Shown in pieces: positions 8,534-17,520 of a stretch of 35,847 nucleotides of DNA. Position numbers and translations under genes: made by a program. Location of the stretch: the IMG/VR virus record IMGVR_UViG_3300045988_138743. One strand, given 5' to 3'. A model generated the notes under the pieces. It was not told where the DNA came from. It searched no databases and was given only the letters and a program-made list of their open reading frames with translations. Source of the DNA: a virus. The first letter of the stretch is position 1, and each line of letters starts with the position of its first letter.

Positions 8534-9397
8534 TCAATTTCGAACCATACGAGCATAGATATAAAATGCTGCATTGATACCGTTGTACCTAACCTCCGCA
8601 TCCAGGAACTTGTAGCCCGGATATGCTTTGGTGAGCTCCGCCTCTAATACTGTGTGGTCTTTGGCCATCCTCTCAACACGGCGCTTCTTGAACTTGCTGT
8701 AGCTCTTTGTCGGCTCCGGTGGCTTCTTTAAGTTCCTTGAGCTCACCCACCGCTTAGTACCGTGTGGATTTCTTGATATATATTCTCCTAAACCTGTGAT
8801 GAGGAAATCATCATCAGGTGATATTCTTCGTGTGTTTGGTCTGTCGCATTTCTTCCAGAGAGATTCCAGCTCGTCTCTGTCCATGCCGTCTCCGGTCATG
8901 AGAATGTGAAAGTGTGGTCTCACATACCCATCAAATGCGAGCACATATATGTACTTGATATTTTCCAGTCCTTTTCTTTTTCTCCGGTAATTTATCTTTG
9001 CTATAAAATTCTTGATATCTTTTCTTGCTCTCTCTTCGTCTGCCGGGAGCTTGTCATCATTCCACCCGAACGTGCACCATAGGTCACCTTTTCCAAAGTT
9101 GATATTCGCAAGCCTTATCAGATACCGCCTTGCATTTTTATCATTCAGGTTCCTTTGAGCTTTGCTTGATGGTCTCTTCTTGGTCTTCGGCATGTCACTG
9201 AGCCTTGGGTAGCTTGGGTATATCTGGGCTTCAAGGAGAGTGGTCTGTGACTTTATGTTGGTGCACTTCGTGGTGGCTGTTCTGTACAGGCAGTTTACCT
9301 TGCCCTCTTTGAGAAGCTTCTCAAGCCTCTCCTCCTCGGTGTCATCTATGTATTTTTTGAAAGCCTCTTCGTAGTCGTAGTTGTCGTATCTTCTCAT
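8534..9397 (-). CDS. HUH-motif rolling-circle Rep-like protein
   Basis: Sequence ...YIYVLAFDGYVRPHFHILMTG..., where HFH followed by hydrophobic residues is a HUH motif. Later GLGEYISRN gives a Tyr candidate. Basic N-terminal half. Confidence 0.45.
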   Translation of the reverse strand: MRRYDNYDYEEAFKKYIDDTEEERLEKLLKEGKVNCLYRTATTKCTNIKSQTTLLEAQIYPSYPRLSDMPKTKKRPSSKAQRNLNDKNARRYLIRLANINFGKGDLWCTFGWNDDKLPADEERARKDIKNFIAKINYRRKRKGLENIKYIYVLAFDGYVRPHFHILMTGDGMDRDELESLWKKCDRPNTRRISPDDDFLITGLGEYISRNPHGTKRWVSSRNLKKPPEPTKSYSKFKKRRVERMAKDHTVLEAELTKAYPGYKFLDAEVRYNGINAAFYIYARMVRN

Positions 9398-9483
9398 ACT
9401 GTGTACTCTTAAATATAAAAATCCCTCATTTGTTAATACCCATTACGAGGACGGTAAAGAATTTTTACCTATATATTATAGGT

Positions 9484-9651
9484 TTACTGCTGCCTCTGTG
9501 CCGCTCTTATCTTTCTGTTGTATTCAGCCTGATACAGCAGCTTTTTGTCCGTTGTTAGAACGACTCGTTTAAGAGTTGTCTCATACTTTTTCAATTTCTC
9601 GCACGTTTGTTCCCAATCTTTCCATATTGTATCGGTCATGTTTCTTTTCAT
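9484..9651 (-). CDS. Small hypothetical protein (55 aa)
   Basis: Hand-called: RBS agaggaaagg, ATG at 9651, MKRNMTDTIWKDWEQTCEKLKKYETTLKRV... Confidence 0.45.
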   Translation of the reverse strand: MKRNMTDTIWKDWEQTCEKLKKYETTLKRVVLTTDKKLLYQAEYNRKIRAAQRQQ

Positions 9652-9757
9652 GGTTTTTCCTTTCCTCTATATATGTAGAGACACAGCCTGCTTGTGCAAG
9701 CTGTGTACACATGTCTTGTAATATTTGCAGGTCGGTGTGCAGTCGATAGAATCAAAT

Positions 9758-9910
9758 TTACATTTTTGGGGTTTTATCGGTTTCATACCACTCAGTGTTC
9801 TGCTCTTCAACTGCTGCCTCCTTTAGTTCATATCCCATGCACTTTACCGGTCTGCTTGGTTTACCGCATTTTTCGTAGTACTTACAGTTTATGCATTCAT
9901 TTCTGTTCAT
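9758..9910 (-). CDS. Small Cys-rich protein (50 aa)
   Basis: Hand-called: MNRNECINCKYYEKCGKPSRPVKCMGYELKE... ATGA overlap with the upstream small ORF. Confidence 0.4.
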   Translation of the reverse strand: MNRNECINCKYYEKCGKPSRPVKCMGYELKEAAVEEQNTEWYETDKTPKM

Positions 9911-10040
9911 TTTGTTGTTCCTTTTCTTCCTGAATCTTATCGTATTCTCTAATCAATAGCAGTCCTATCACAAACTCTGTTGTTCCGATCAGGACAATCG
10001 TTGAGAGAATTCCATATACTATAAAATCTATTCCTGACAT
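9897..10040 (-). CDS. Small membrane protein (47 aa)
   Basis: Hand-called: MSGIDFIVYGILSTIVLIGTTEFVIGLLLIREYDKIQEEKEQQNEQK. Starts 2 nt after the YopX stop. Confidence 0.4.
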   Translation of the reverse strand: MSGIDFIVYGILSTIVLIGTTEFVIGLLLIREYDKIQEEKEQQNEQK

Positions 10041-10041
10041 A

Positions 10042-10443
10042 TTATTTCTCACTTTCTAATAACTCTGGATTGTCAAATATATTGCCGATAACTTCTACAC
10101 ATTTTCTTTCTTCCGTATAAAATCCTAAGTTACAGTAATTAGCCCCACTTTTCTTATTGCTTACATAACTGTAATCCAATGTCCAGTCCCCATTGCAATA
10201 TTTTACAATCTCTGGATATTGTTCTTTTCTATCGCAAATATCATTCTCCCAAATCATATTACCGTTTTTATCTTTTAAGCCAGTACATTGGCAGAGGGTA
10301 GATACATCTACCTCAATCATATTAGGTACATCATTAGTCATGCCCCAAAGAATATAACCATTTTCCCATATCTGATAGTAATAGCCCTGCACCCATTTTC
10401 CATTGTCAACTCTCTTCGCTTTGAATAAATATCTATCGTTCAT
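10042..10443 (-). CDS. YopX family protein
   Basis: YLFKAKRVDNGKWVQGYYY ... GNIFDNPELLE is the characteristic YopX N- and C-terminal signature. Confidence 0.8.
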   Translation of the reverse strand: MNDRYLFKAKRVDNGKWVQGYYYQIWENGYILWGMTNDVPNMIEVDVSTLCQCTGLKDKNGNMIWENDICDRKEQYPEIVKYCNGDWTLDYSYVSNKKSGANYCNLGFYTEERKCVEVIGNIFDNPELLESEK

Positions 10444-11184
10444 CTAATTTTCTCCTTTCGGTTTTTCACACAGCTCAAACTCGATAACCCACACCCACGG
10501 ATTCGCATTCCATCCATAGCGGTCAAGGTCGGATTTCTTGATGGTGCTGTTCCATAATTCCCTGCCAAACAGCTCTCCCATAGTCATATCACAATATTTA
10601 ATGGGGCTCGTACACGGACCATCTAAATCACAAGTATGTCCATCTGCTGATATTCTGGTTAAGCATGGTATTGTAAATCTAAAACCTTCATTCCACGCTC
10701 CATCTTCGTCAATCTCCTGTAACCGCTCCACTCTCACATCCGTAACCTTTAACCAGATGCGTGCAGCTTCTTTCGGCATGTGGATGGATGGGTGCCAGGT
10801 GTCGGCTGATGGATATTCATTATCCTCACATGAAGCACGGTACATGTAACATCCATATTCTTTTTTCTCACTATGATATATATGGTCGGTGCATGCTCCC
10901 TGTTCAGTATCCATTCCACAATCCCAACAAGGACACCATGCAAATGTCTCTCTGACATACAGGATATCGCCCGGCTGATATGGCGGTTCCAATGGGTTAT
11001 CAAACATACTTTCGTTTTCATCGTATTCGTAGATTCCTGCGAATGAGCCATCTATTCTTCTTGTTACATAAAAACCACAAGCATCCTTTCGTCTTGTTTT
11101 TATCAAGCGTCTCGTACAACTCTTTCTTCCATCTAAAATTGCCCGGGCCATTTCCGTATTGAATAAAATCGGTTTAATTGCCAT
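10444..11184 (-). CDS. ASCH-like domain protein
   Basis: N-terminus KPILFNTEMARAILDGRKSCTRRLIK matches the usual ASCH-type phage proteins. Confidence 0.6.
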   Translation of the reverse strand: MAIKPILFNTEMARAILDGRKSCTRRLIKTRRKDACGFYVTRRIDGSFAGIYEYDENESMFDNPLEPPYQPGDILYVRETFAWCPCWDCGMDTEQGACTDHIYHSEKKEYGCYMYRASCEDNEYPSADTWHPSIHMPKEAARIWLKVTDVRVERLQEIDEDGAWNEGFRFTIPCLTRISADGHTCDLDGPCTSPIKYCDMTMGELFGRELWNSTIKKSDLDRYGWNANPWVWVIEFELCEKPKGEN

Positions 11185-11395
11185 CTACCCCACCGCCTTT
11201 CACGATACGCATAACCGTCTGATATAGCGCAGCATTTCTTCCAACCAGCTTTGTTATGTATGTATCCAACTGCTCAACAACTGCATCCACATCATAGGCG
11301 GTCGGTTGTTCATCAATAACATTCATGATTTCCATCGAATCAATACAGTCAGAAAAATCTACATTTTCGAGTTTATCTGCATTAATCAGTCTCAT
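11174..11395 (-). CDS. Hypothetical early protein
   Basis: 73 aa, translationally coupled to its neighbours. Confidence 0.5.
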   Translation of the reverse strand: MRLINADKLENVDFSDCIDSMEIMNVIDEQPTAYDVDAVVEQLDTYITKLVGRNAALYQTVMRIVKGGGVDGN

Positions 11396-11594
11396 CGTTC
11401 ACCCTCCTGTTCCATGCTTTTATTTCTGCTCTCTCTGCGTCATTATAAGAACCCGCCCATGTTCCCCCGCTTCTTCCGTGACAATTGTTGCAGATAATCT
11501 GCGCCCAAAATCCTTTATCTTCTCCCGGAATCCGTTCATAATTTATTTCAGCTTTTCCACCACAAAACGGGCATGGCTTTAATTCTTCATTCAT
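11382..11594 (-). CDS. Lar-family restriction alleviation protein
   Basis: LKPCPFCGGKAE ... CNNCH ... AEIKAWNRRV is the Lar family pattern. The RBS agagga favours the ATG at 11594 (ORF track gives 11612). Confidence 0.7.
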   Translation of the reverse strand: MNEELKPCPFCGGKAEINYERIPGEDKGFWAQIICNNCHGRSGGTWAGSYNDAERAEIKAWNRRVNDETD

Positions 11595-11618
11595 CGTCTT
11601 TCCTCTTAACATTAGGTA

Positions 11619-11645
11619 AAGGGAGCTGGGGGTAAGGGCTCCCTT
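11619..11645 (-). terminator. GC-rich hairpin between early genes (weak terminator or processing site)
   Basis: AAGGGAGC - 11 nt - GCTCCCTT, an 8-bp stem with a poor U tract. Confidence 0.3.
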
Positions 11646-11729
11646 GTGTATAAATGGCTTACAAATCAGTTTTTCGTGATATAAATAATTCGCATGCCAG
11701 GTTTCTTTCGCTTTCGCAGGTGTTTCAAC

Positions 11730-12320
11730 CTATAGCTCATAGTGTGGTGTCTCTATCCAGTAGAAATCCACTCCTGAGAGGAGTCTTAAGACCTCAAGCT
11801 CCGGCTTGTAGACAGGACTCGTGAAGCATATTCCGACTGCCATCTCGTCATTGCATGACACGAGCCAGTCTCCGTGCACTGCAAAGGTGCTTGGTGGATT
11901 TTCGTCATCGCGGCACTTATCTGGGTTGACCATTGCTAAGCGCGCATCGTTGATGAGGCGTGCTCCGCCCGGTGTCTTTACTACTGTCATCATATTGTCG
12001 TTCTGCATGATCTTAATCGGTGAGATTAGTGCTTCCTTTGTATCCTCCGCCATGTCCCACAGGAGTGGTTTTCTTTCCGTTTCAAACTGTGGGTCGTGTC
12101 CTTTCTGGTATGTCATGAACTCGCCCTTTTCCGGTGCAAGACCGCATGTCTTGATTACGGTACCTAAAAATTCCTTTGTGATTCTTGTGTTGTCGGCTTC
12201 TATTATCCAGCCGGTACCGTTTAGGATGTACATGCCTTTCTTTGTGAGACCGAACTTGACACCCCACGTTTTGTAATCAGTTTTTAAAATTTTTTCTAGT
12301 TTTGCGCAATCTATAAACAT
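11730..12320 (-). CDS. Hypothetical early protein
   Basis: ORF 11730..12359. The RBS aggagg favours the ATG at 12320 (MFIDCAKLEK). Confidence 0.6.
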   Translation of the reverse strand: MFIDCAKLEKILKTDYKTWGVKFGLTKKGMYILNGTGWIIEADNTRITKEFLGTVIKTCGLAPEKGEFMTYQKGHDPQFETERKPLLWDMAEDTKEALISPIKIMQNDNMMTVVKTPGGARLINDARLAMVNPDKCRDDENPPSTFAVHGDWLVSCNDEMAVGICFTSPVYKPELEVLRLLSGVDFYWIETPHYEL

Positions 12321-12330
12321 TTTCTGCCTC

Positions 12331-13635
12331 CTAACTTTGTGCTTCTCCATATCTGTCAACCTTGTCGCGGAGCCATTGTCTGATTTTCTCCGGAAAAATT
12401 AAATCTGATGCCAATAAGTGGCCACTGTGATGCTCCTCTGCTATGTAATCAGCCAATTTTGCCACCGTAAGAGTGTTCATATATTCTCTTCTTGTCATGC
12501 ATGCTTCTATGACTTCTGTCTCTGGCTTTTCGTCCTCTGTCTCTGGCTCATTTTCCTCTATGCTTTGGGCTTCATTTTCTTCCTTTTCAATGCTCTCAGG
12601 CTCTGATTTTTCAAGGATTTGTGGGGATTTTTGCGCCGGCGCAATTTGCTCTCCAAGGCTCTTTTCTCCTGTCTGTTCCTCGGGCCTGTCTGCAGGCTCT
12701 CTATTATCCTCTCTGCAGTCTGTATCTCCGTCGGTGGAATCATCCTTTTGCTCTTCTCCTGCTCCAGGAGCCGGCTCATTATCTGCCACGCTTCCCGATT
12801 CAGTCTCTTCGACCTCATCAGTGCCAGCTTCTCCAACTGCTGCATTGTCATCCTCTGACTCAGGAGTTTCTGCTGTAGTATGCTCTCCTGTTGGCTCATT
12901 TTCCTGTACTTCATTATCTCCTCCAAAATGGTTCTGCCATGTCCGGGTGCCTGCTGCATCCTCATCAAAGATAGAGCGCATAACCTGGTAGAATTCCCAC
13001 CATGACATATTTTTTGGTGTATCTCCGAACTTTTTAATTGTGACGCGGTTCTCATACATCATCATGAAATAGAGACCTTTTTTGAATGAACGGTTTCCGG
13101 CCGGATTTACGATTTCCGCAAAGCGGTTCATTGATTCCTCGTCAAACTCGTTTGAGTACACCTCATTGAGGATATCCTTGTTGTCCTCAAAAAATTTCTC
13201 TATCAGCTGACTTATGTCATCTGCCACACCTGCTGCAGGCTCGGTCTTATTGAATCTCTTTAGCTCTCTTATGTCCTCTCTTGATGCCTCAGGCTGTATC
13301 ATCTGCCTGTCAGAGTCGGGGAGCTTGAGCATTTCCTCAAGCTGGCTTCTTCCAAGGTCCGTATACTCCGGTCTCAAGTGTTCTGAATATCCGTCAATGG
13401 AGTATTCGCGGTTGATGCTCATAAATCGGCTTGTGGTGGATGCCTCAAGTCCGTACTCAGCCTTAGCAAATTCTGCTATGCTCTTGTAGCCGTCATTCTC
13501 ATAAAGCCTTTGGTCGTCAATCTGTCTGAGTGCATAGCCTATTCTCACGAAGCTCTGCTTCACTCCTATAAGTTCCTGCCTCAGTTTCTGTTTCATCTGT
13601 GCCCAGTCATCTAGTGTCATCTGCACGTATTCCAT
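12331..13635 (-). CDS. DNA-binding-like early protein (DUF3102-like N-terminus) with a long acidic low-complexity tail
   Basis: The RBS aggagg favours the ATG at 13635 (MEYVQMTLDDW). The N-terminal part reads IGYALRQIDDQRLYENDGYKSIAEFAKAEYGLEASTTSRFMSINREY. The central and C-terminal part is an E/D-rich tract. Confidence 0.55.
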   Translation of the reverse strand: MEYVQMTLDDWAQMKQKLRQELIGVKQSFVRIGYALRQIDDQRLYENDGYKSIAEFAKAEYGLEASTTSRFMSINREYSIDGYSEHLRPEYTDLGRSQLEEMLKLPDSDRQMIQPEASREDIRELKRFNKTEPAAGVADDISQLIEKFFEDNKDILNEVYSNEFDEESMNRFAEIVNPAGNRSFKKGLYFMMMYENRVTIKKFGDTPKNMSWWEFYQVMRSIFDEDAAGTRTWQNHFGGDNEVQENEPTGEHTTAETPESEDDNAAVGEAGTDEVEETESGSVADNEPAPGAGEEQKDDSTDGDTDCREDNREPADRPEEQTGEKSLGEQIAPAQKSPQILEKSEPESIEKEENEAQSIEENEPETEDEKPETEVIEACMTRREYMNTLTVAKLADYIAEEHHSGHLLASDLIFPEKIRQWLRDKVDRYGEAQS

Positions 13636-13643
13636 ATATCCTC

Positions 13644-15782
13644 CTATGCTGTATATGCTATAGCCATTACCGGCATATCTGCTGTAGTCGCTGCTGTCCT
13701 CAGTGTTCCTGTCACAAGCATTCGTATGTAAGCGTTGAGCCACTTCTGTATGTTCTCCTGGTCAGGCTTCTTATCATGAGCTCCATACCATTGCAGTATG
13801 TTCGGTACCTCGGAATCAATCTCGACAGTGACATATTGCATATTTGGTGTATCCTTGAACCTCAGAAAAAGTATGTACGTCTCTCCCCGATTGTGTTTTC
13901 CTAAGTAGTTATCTCCGCCAACGCAATGATGAAGTACTCGTCCCTCTGTTACTATTTTCTCTGCTGACTTTGCCGGTCTGATGATGTATGTCTCATCCTC
14001 GTAGTAATATTTATTTCTCAGTTTCCTATAGTTGTGTCGAATGTTCGGGAATCGCACCGCAACATCCTTCAGATGCTTGTCCAGTTTTTCTTTGTTGACC
14101 TCTTCCACCATCTTTTCGTGGGCTTCATCCAGGTCGTGTGGGAACTGATATACCGTGTTTGTCAGATCGTAACCCCTGTCTTCTCTCATGCTCAGGTAAT
14201 CAGCGTATGTAGAGGCCATGTGTCTGATTCTGTATACCGACTGACTGCAGCCTCCGTAATCACAGCATGCATATTTCTTTATGCGGTTTAAAAATTTCTG
14301 CAATGTCATGTATTTCTTTGCAAGCGCGACCTGTGTGTATGTGAGTCCGGTCTCTGCCAGCTGCTGTACCTGTTCATCTGTCCAGTTCTCCATGAATCTC
14401 TTTTCCATCTGCAGAACCCTCAGCAAACCTATGTCTCCCTTTTCCTTAATGAGCAGCTTGAGCTTTTCCTTTCTGATGCCGAGAAACTCATCCGGTCTCG
14501 TTGCTGTTTCATCTTCGATGATTCCATACTCGCATTTGATAAGCTTCTCGGCCACTCCTATCAGGTGCATCTTCACAAGCATCTCAAGCTGAGGTGTACG
14601 CATGTAGCACTCAAGGTACTCAACCGGATTACATACGCTCATGAGGCTGTCTGTGTATTCCTTCATGGCGCTGTATTTGAACATGGTTCCTGCCATCTCA
14701 CCGTATGTCTCCGGAAGTATTGGTCCGGAATTGATTCTGATGCTTGATAAGCCATACAGATTGCAGTCATCCCAGAAGTCTCTCCCTACATACGGATCAT
14801 GCTTGTTATAGTCAACCTGTACCTTTTTGCCAGGTTCGAAATATGCCCTTGCCAGCTCAACCCCCGACAGTTTTTCGTAGGCATTGTACATTTCATCGCC
14901 TTTCTCGCCGGCAATGAAGCCGAGTGTCCACTCTTTCTCTACTTGTATGTACCTCATGACAAAGCCATTATCTTTGTATTTCTGGCCAAGAAACAGATAC
15001 CGGGTTTTTCTGATGCTGCCTTTTGCTTTTCCTTTGCACTTGTACTGCCCGCGTGCGCCACACATAGGACATGTGCCGAAGCTGTTCTCTCGCGGCTCTT
15101 CTATGTTTCTCTCAAACTGGTCCTCGTATGCTCCACTGCTTTTCCATCTTGCAGTAGTCACACCGCCGCACTTACTGCAGGCTATGTCAGCCCAGCTTCC
15201 ATGCTTCTTGTAGTACAAAAAGTGTTCATCACGGAAATATACGTGATCAGCTCTGTACAGTATTGCTTTTTCGGGGAGCTCTTTGGTGTTTGTCTGTCTG
15301 TCCTTCAGCGCTTCCTGGCGTCTCTTGTACTTGCGCTCTACTCTTTTTGTTCTTTCTTTTGATGTGATGTCGCCCTCATATTCAGCTATGTGCCCCCACC
15401 AACGAGTATCGTTGTATATCTCTGTGCCGCAAAAGCTCTTTATTCTTGCAAGGTCTTCCGGGCTCTGCAGGATATTCTCGTCTGCCAGGCTTTTCGCGGT
15501 ATATGTGTGTGTTTCTGTCCATATAGGGCTGTAAGCTGAAAGCTGCTGGCGCGTCCATATCTGTTTGTCCGGCCAGTATGTACCGAAGTCCTTCTTGGTG
15601 AGTGTGATTCTCACCACAGGAATCTTTTTTGACTCCTTTTTATTTTCGTACACCTCAAGGAGCAGGTGCCTTTGATGTCCTATGTTCTTGATTGCGGTAA
15701 CACCAATGTACTTCACGGATTTTATTCTGCTTATTTTTTTGAGTCCTAGGTATGGTATTTTTTCTATCGTCTTCTCTTTCAT
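13644..15782 (-). CDS. PcfJ-like protein
   Basis: 712 aa. The C-terminal EGRVLHHCVGGDNYLGKHNRGETYILFLR resembles the conserved PcfJ core. Internal Cys clusters are CSKCGG and CPMCG. Confidence 0.6.
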   Translation of the reverse strand: MKEKTIEKIPYLGLKKISRIKSVKYIGVTAIKNIGHQRHLLLEVYENKKESKKIPVVRITLTKKDFGTYWPDKQIWTRQQLSAYSPIWTETHTYTAKSLADENILQSPEDLARIKSFCGTEIYNDTRWWGHIAEYEGDITSKERTKRVERKYKRRQEALKDRQTNTKELPEKAILYRADHVYFRDEHFLYYKKHGSWADIACSKCGGVTTARWKSSGAYEDQFERNIEEPRENSFGTCPMCGARGQYKCKGKAKGSIRKTRYLFLGQKYKDNGFVMRYIQVEKEWTLGFIAGEKGDEMYNAYEKLSGVELARAYFEPGKKVQVDYNKHDPYVGRDFWDDCNLYGLSSIRINSGPILPETYGEMAGTMFKYSAMKEYTDSLMSVCNPVEYLECYMRTPQLEMLVKMHLIGVAEKLIKCEYGIIEDETATRPDEFLGIRKEKLKLLIKEKGDIGLLRVLQMEKRFMENWTDEQVQQLAETGLTYTQVALAKKYMTLQKFLNRIKKYACCDYGGCSQSVYRIRHMASTYADYLSMREDRGYDLTNTVYQFPHDLDEAHEKMVEEVNKEKLDKHLKDVAVRFPNIRHNYRKLRNKYYYEDETYIIRPAKSAEKIVTEGRVLHHCVGGDNYLGKHNRGETYILFLRFKDTPNMQYVTVEIDSEVPNILQWYGAHDKKPDQENIQKWLNAYIRMLVTGTLRTAATTADMPVMAIAYTA

Positions 15783-15791
15783 CTGCAGCGC

Positions 15792-16277
15792 CTACCTTCC
15801 CATGTAGTAGTCAGTAATTATCTTCTTGGCTCTTGCCATGCCCGGGATGCCGAGCGTGACTCTGCTCGCTGATACACCTGCTGCCTTGATGATATCCTTG
15901 TCCACTGCCTGCTGATTCTTGAAGGACCACATCAGGATAGCGGCTATACAGCCCTTCAATGTCTTGCCTTTCTTTCTGACATTGTGAGCTAAGAGCTCAT
16001 TCTCCATGCACTGGCCTCTTAGGTATTCCACCCAGTCCTCCATGATTTCCTTTGGCTTAAGCTCTGCTGCCTCGACATCAATCTTGCCGAGTGCCGCCGT
16101 GAGCTTATCGCACAGCTCCGGGATTTCTCCGTTGGTGTACAGGTCCACGAAATCAGCCTGTATTCCATTTTCTTTCGCCACTACCTTGAGGGATTCTATG
16201 TCACCCTCGTTAAGCAGGTTTTCTGCAAGCTCATTTATCTCACTAAACGAATCAAATTCTCCAAACTTATCAAACAT
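15792..16277 (-). CDS. PcfK-like protein (tentative)
   Basis: 161 aa, acidic N-terminus. KGKTLKGCIAAILMWSFKN ... ARAKKIITDYY resembles the PcfK pattern. Adjacent to the pcfJ-like gene. Confidence 0.4.
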   Translation of the reverse strand: MFDKFGEFDSFSEINELAENLLNEGDIESLKVVAKENGIQADFVDLYTNGEIPELCDKLTAALGKIDVEAAELKPKEIMEDWVEYLRGQCMENELLAHNVRKKGKTLKGCIAAILMWSFKNQQAVDKDIIKAAGVSASRVTLGIPGMARAKKIITDYYMGR

Positions 16278-16635
16278 ATGGTTTCTCCTTTAAAAAACTC
16301 CATTTATCGTATTTTCGCTCTGTATCTGTAAAATCCGGATAAAACTCATCCAAATATGCTCTGAACATGCCGAGCATCTCTTTTCTATTTCCACCGTTGC
16401 CATTGTCCAGCATGTGATGGTGGTAGCGGCATCCGACTGCTCCGTTCTGTCGGATACCAAGTCCCATGGATGAGCGTGGTATGTAGTGCATGATGTCTGT
16501 TATATCCATCTCAGGGACTGCTGCTGATGGCATCTTATAGCCTGCCCGGCAGAATATGCACCGATAATTGTCACGCTCTCTTATGGCAGTACGCTCTTTT
16601 TGTGAAAATTCAAGATATTTTGTATATTTGGGCAT
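16270..16635 (-). CDS. HNH-type nuclease
   Basis: RERDNYRCIFCRAG ... MHYIPRS ... NGAVGCRYHHHMLDNG. Confidence 0.6.
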   Translation of the reverse strand: MPKYTKYLEFSQKERTAIRERDNYRCIFCRAGYKMPSAAVPEMDITDIMHYIPRSSMGLGIRQNGAVGCRYHHHMLDNGNGGNRKEMLGMFRAYLDEFYPDFTDTERKYDKWSFLKEKPYV

Positions 16636-16707
16636 ATTGATTTTTCCTCTTAATGTGTTATAATATTTTTATGGTTTTTCTTTTATTGTTGTTTTTTCAC
16701 GCAGAGT

Positions 16708-16746
16708 CCGGTCAGGAAATCAGATTTTCCCGACCGGTCTTTTTTA
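16708..16746. terminator. Strong hairpin directly after the stop of gene 16744..17019; the T-run is on the plus strand
   Basis: CCGGTCaGGAAA - loop - TTTCCcGACCGG followed by tctttttt on the plus strand. May block antisense transcription or act bidirectionally. Confidence 0.4.
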
Positions 16747-17019
16747 TGCCTCAATCTGCATAACATATGGTGTGTCGCTCTCCATACGCTCATCCACATC
16801 CTGAAGCATAATATCTGTCAGCTCCTTCAATGCCTCAAACATGCTGTCGGTGATGAGTCTCTTATCGTGGCTCTGCTTCACTACTCCGATTATGTAGCCA
16901 GCTGTAAGTGCAGCTTCCTTTACATCTGCGCTCTCCTCAATCTTTCCGATCATGCCGATGCACTTCTTAAATTCCTTGTACTGTTTCATTCCTGCTGTGT
17001 GCTTCTTAAATAATTTCAT
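16744..17019 (-). CDS. Hypothetical early protein
   Basis: 91-aa ORF in an operon context. Confidence 0.5.
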   Translation of the reverse strand: MKLFKKHTAGMKQYKEFKKCIGMIGKIEESADVKEAALTAGYIIGVVKQSHDKRLITDSMFEALKELTDIMLQDVDERMESDTPYVMQIEA

Positions 17020-17032
17020 GGTTTTTCTCTCC

Positions 17033-17176
17033 TTATGATGCTGCTTTCTGTTCTTTTGCCACCTCTGATGTCATGATTCCGATATCAAGTGGCTTCTCTG
17101 CCTTGATGGCAGCGTTTAACTGTTCTGCTGTTTCAATTCCAAGTTTTTTGAGTGCCTCTTTAAGTTTGTTCTCCAT
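17033..17176 (-). CDS. Small hypothetical protein (47 aa)
   Basis: Hand-called: RBS aggagg, MENKLKEALKKLGIETAEQLNAAIKAEKPLDIGIMTSEVAKEQKAAS. Confidence 0.5.
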   Translation of the reverse strand: MENKLKEALKKLGIETAEQLNAAIKAEKPLDIGIMTSEVAKEQKAAS

Positions 17177-17260
17177 AAGTGACCTCCTAATATACCCAAA
17201 TCCTCATTCCGATTCTGCTTATTACTTCTTTGAGCTTGAAATCTGCTTTCTCCGTCTTTA

Positions 17261-17476
17261 TCACCTTCCTTTAGCCGGAAATCTTCTTACTAAGTCTCTT
17301 GTTGCCATCTGAAATGCCTGCTCTCTCTCGTCTCCTGTGGCTCTGATTATTTCCCGGCCATTCTGCAAAATCCTGATTGTGTGCTCACCGGGTTTTTCTT
17401 TCAGTGTCATTGAGAGATGGTGCCGCTTTTGACGAGGCGAATACGCACTATAAAATAGGTCTGTCAGTGTTTTCAA
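17261..17476 (-). CDS. Hypothetical early protein
   Basis: 71 aa, TTG start preceded by aagga. Confidence 0.45.
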   Translation of the reverse strand: MKTLTDLFYSAYSPRQKRHHLSMTLKEKPGEHTIRILQNGREIIRATGDEREQAFQMATRDLVRRFPAKGR

Positions 17477-17520
17477 TCCTTTTCAATCCTTTCTCTCTTA
17501 AATGCTGCGCTATCATAAAA

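Noticed and set aside
12473-12991. 172-aa Ser-rich plus-strand ORF, and neighbouring ORFs at 12558..13055, 12619..12858 and 12621..12878
   Set aside because: Antisense or off-frame shadows of the GAA/GAG-rich acidic tract of gene 12331..13635. No RBS, and low-complexity composition.
14799-15362. 187-aa plus-strand ORF inside the PcfJ-like gene
   Set aside because: Antisense shadow ORF. Hydrophobic junk composition and no RBS.
17471-17490. Tandem 10-mer TTTCAATCCT x2
   Set aside because: Only two copies, overlapping the RBS/TTG start of gene 17261..17476. Probably a trivial slippage duplication.
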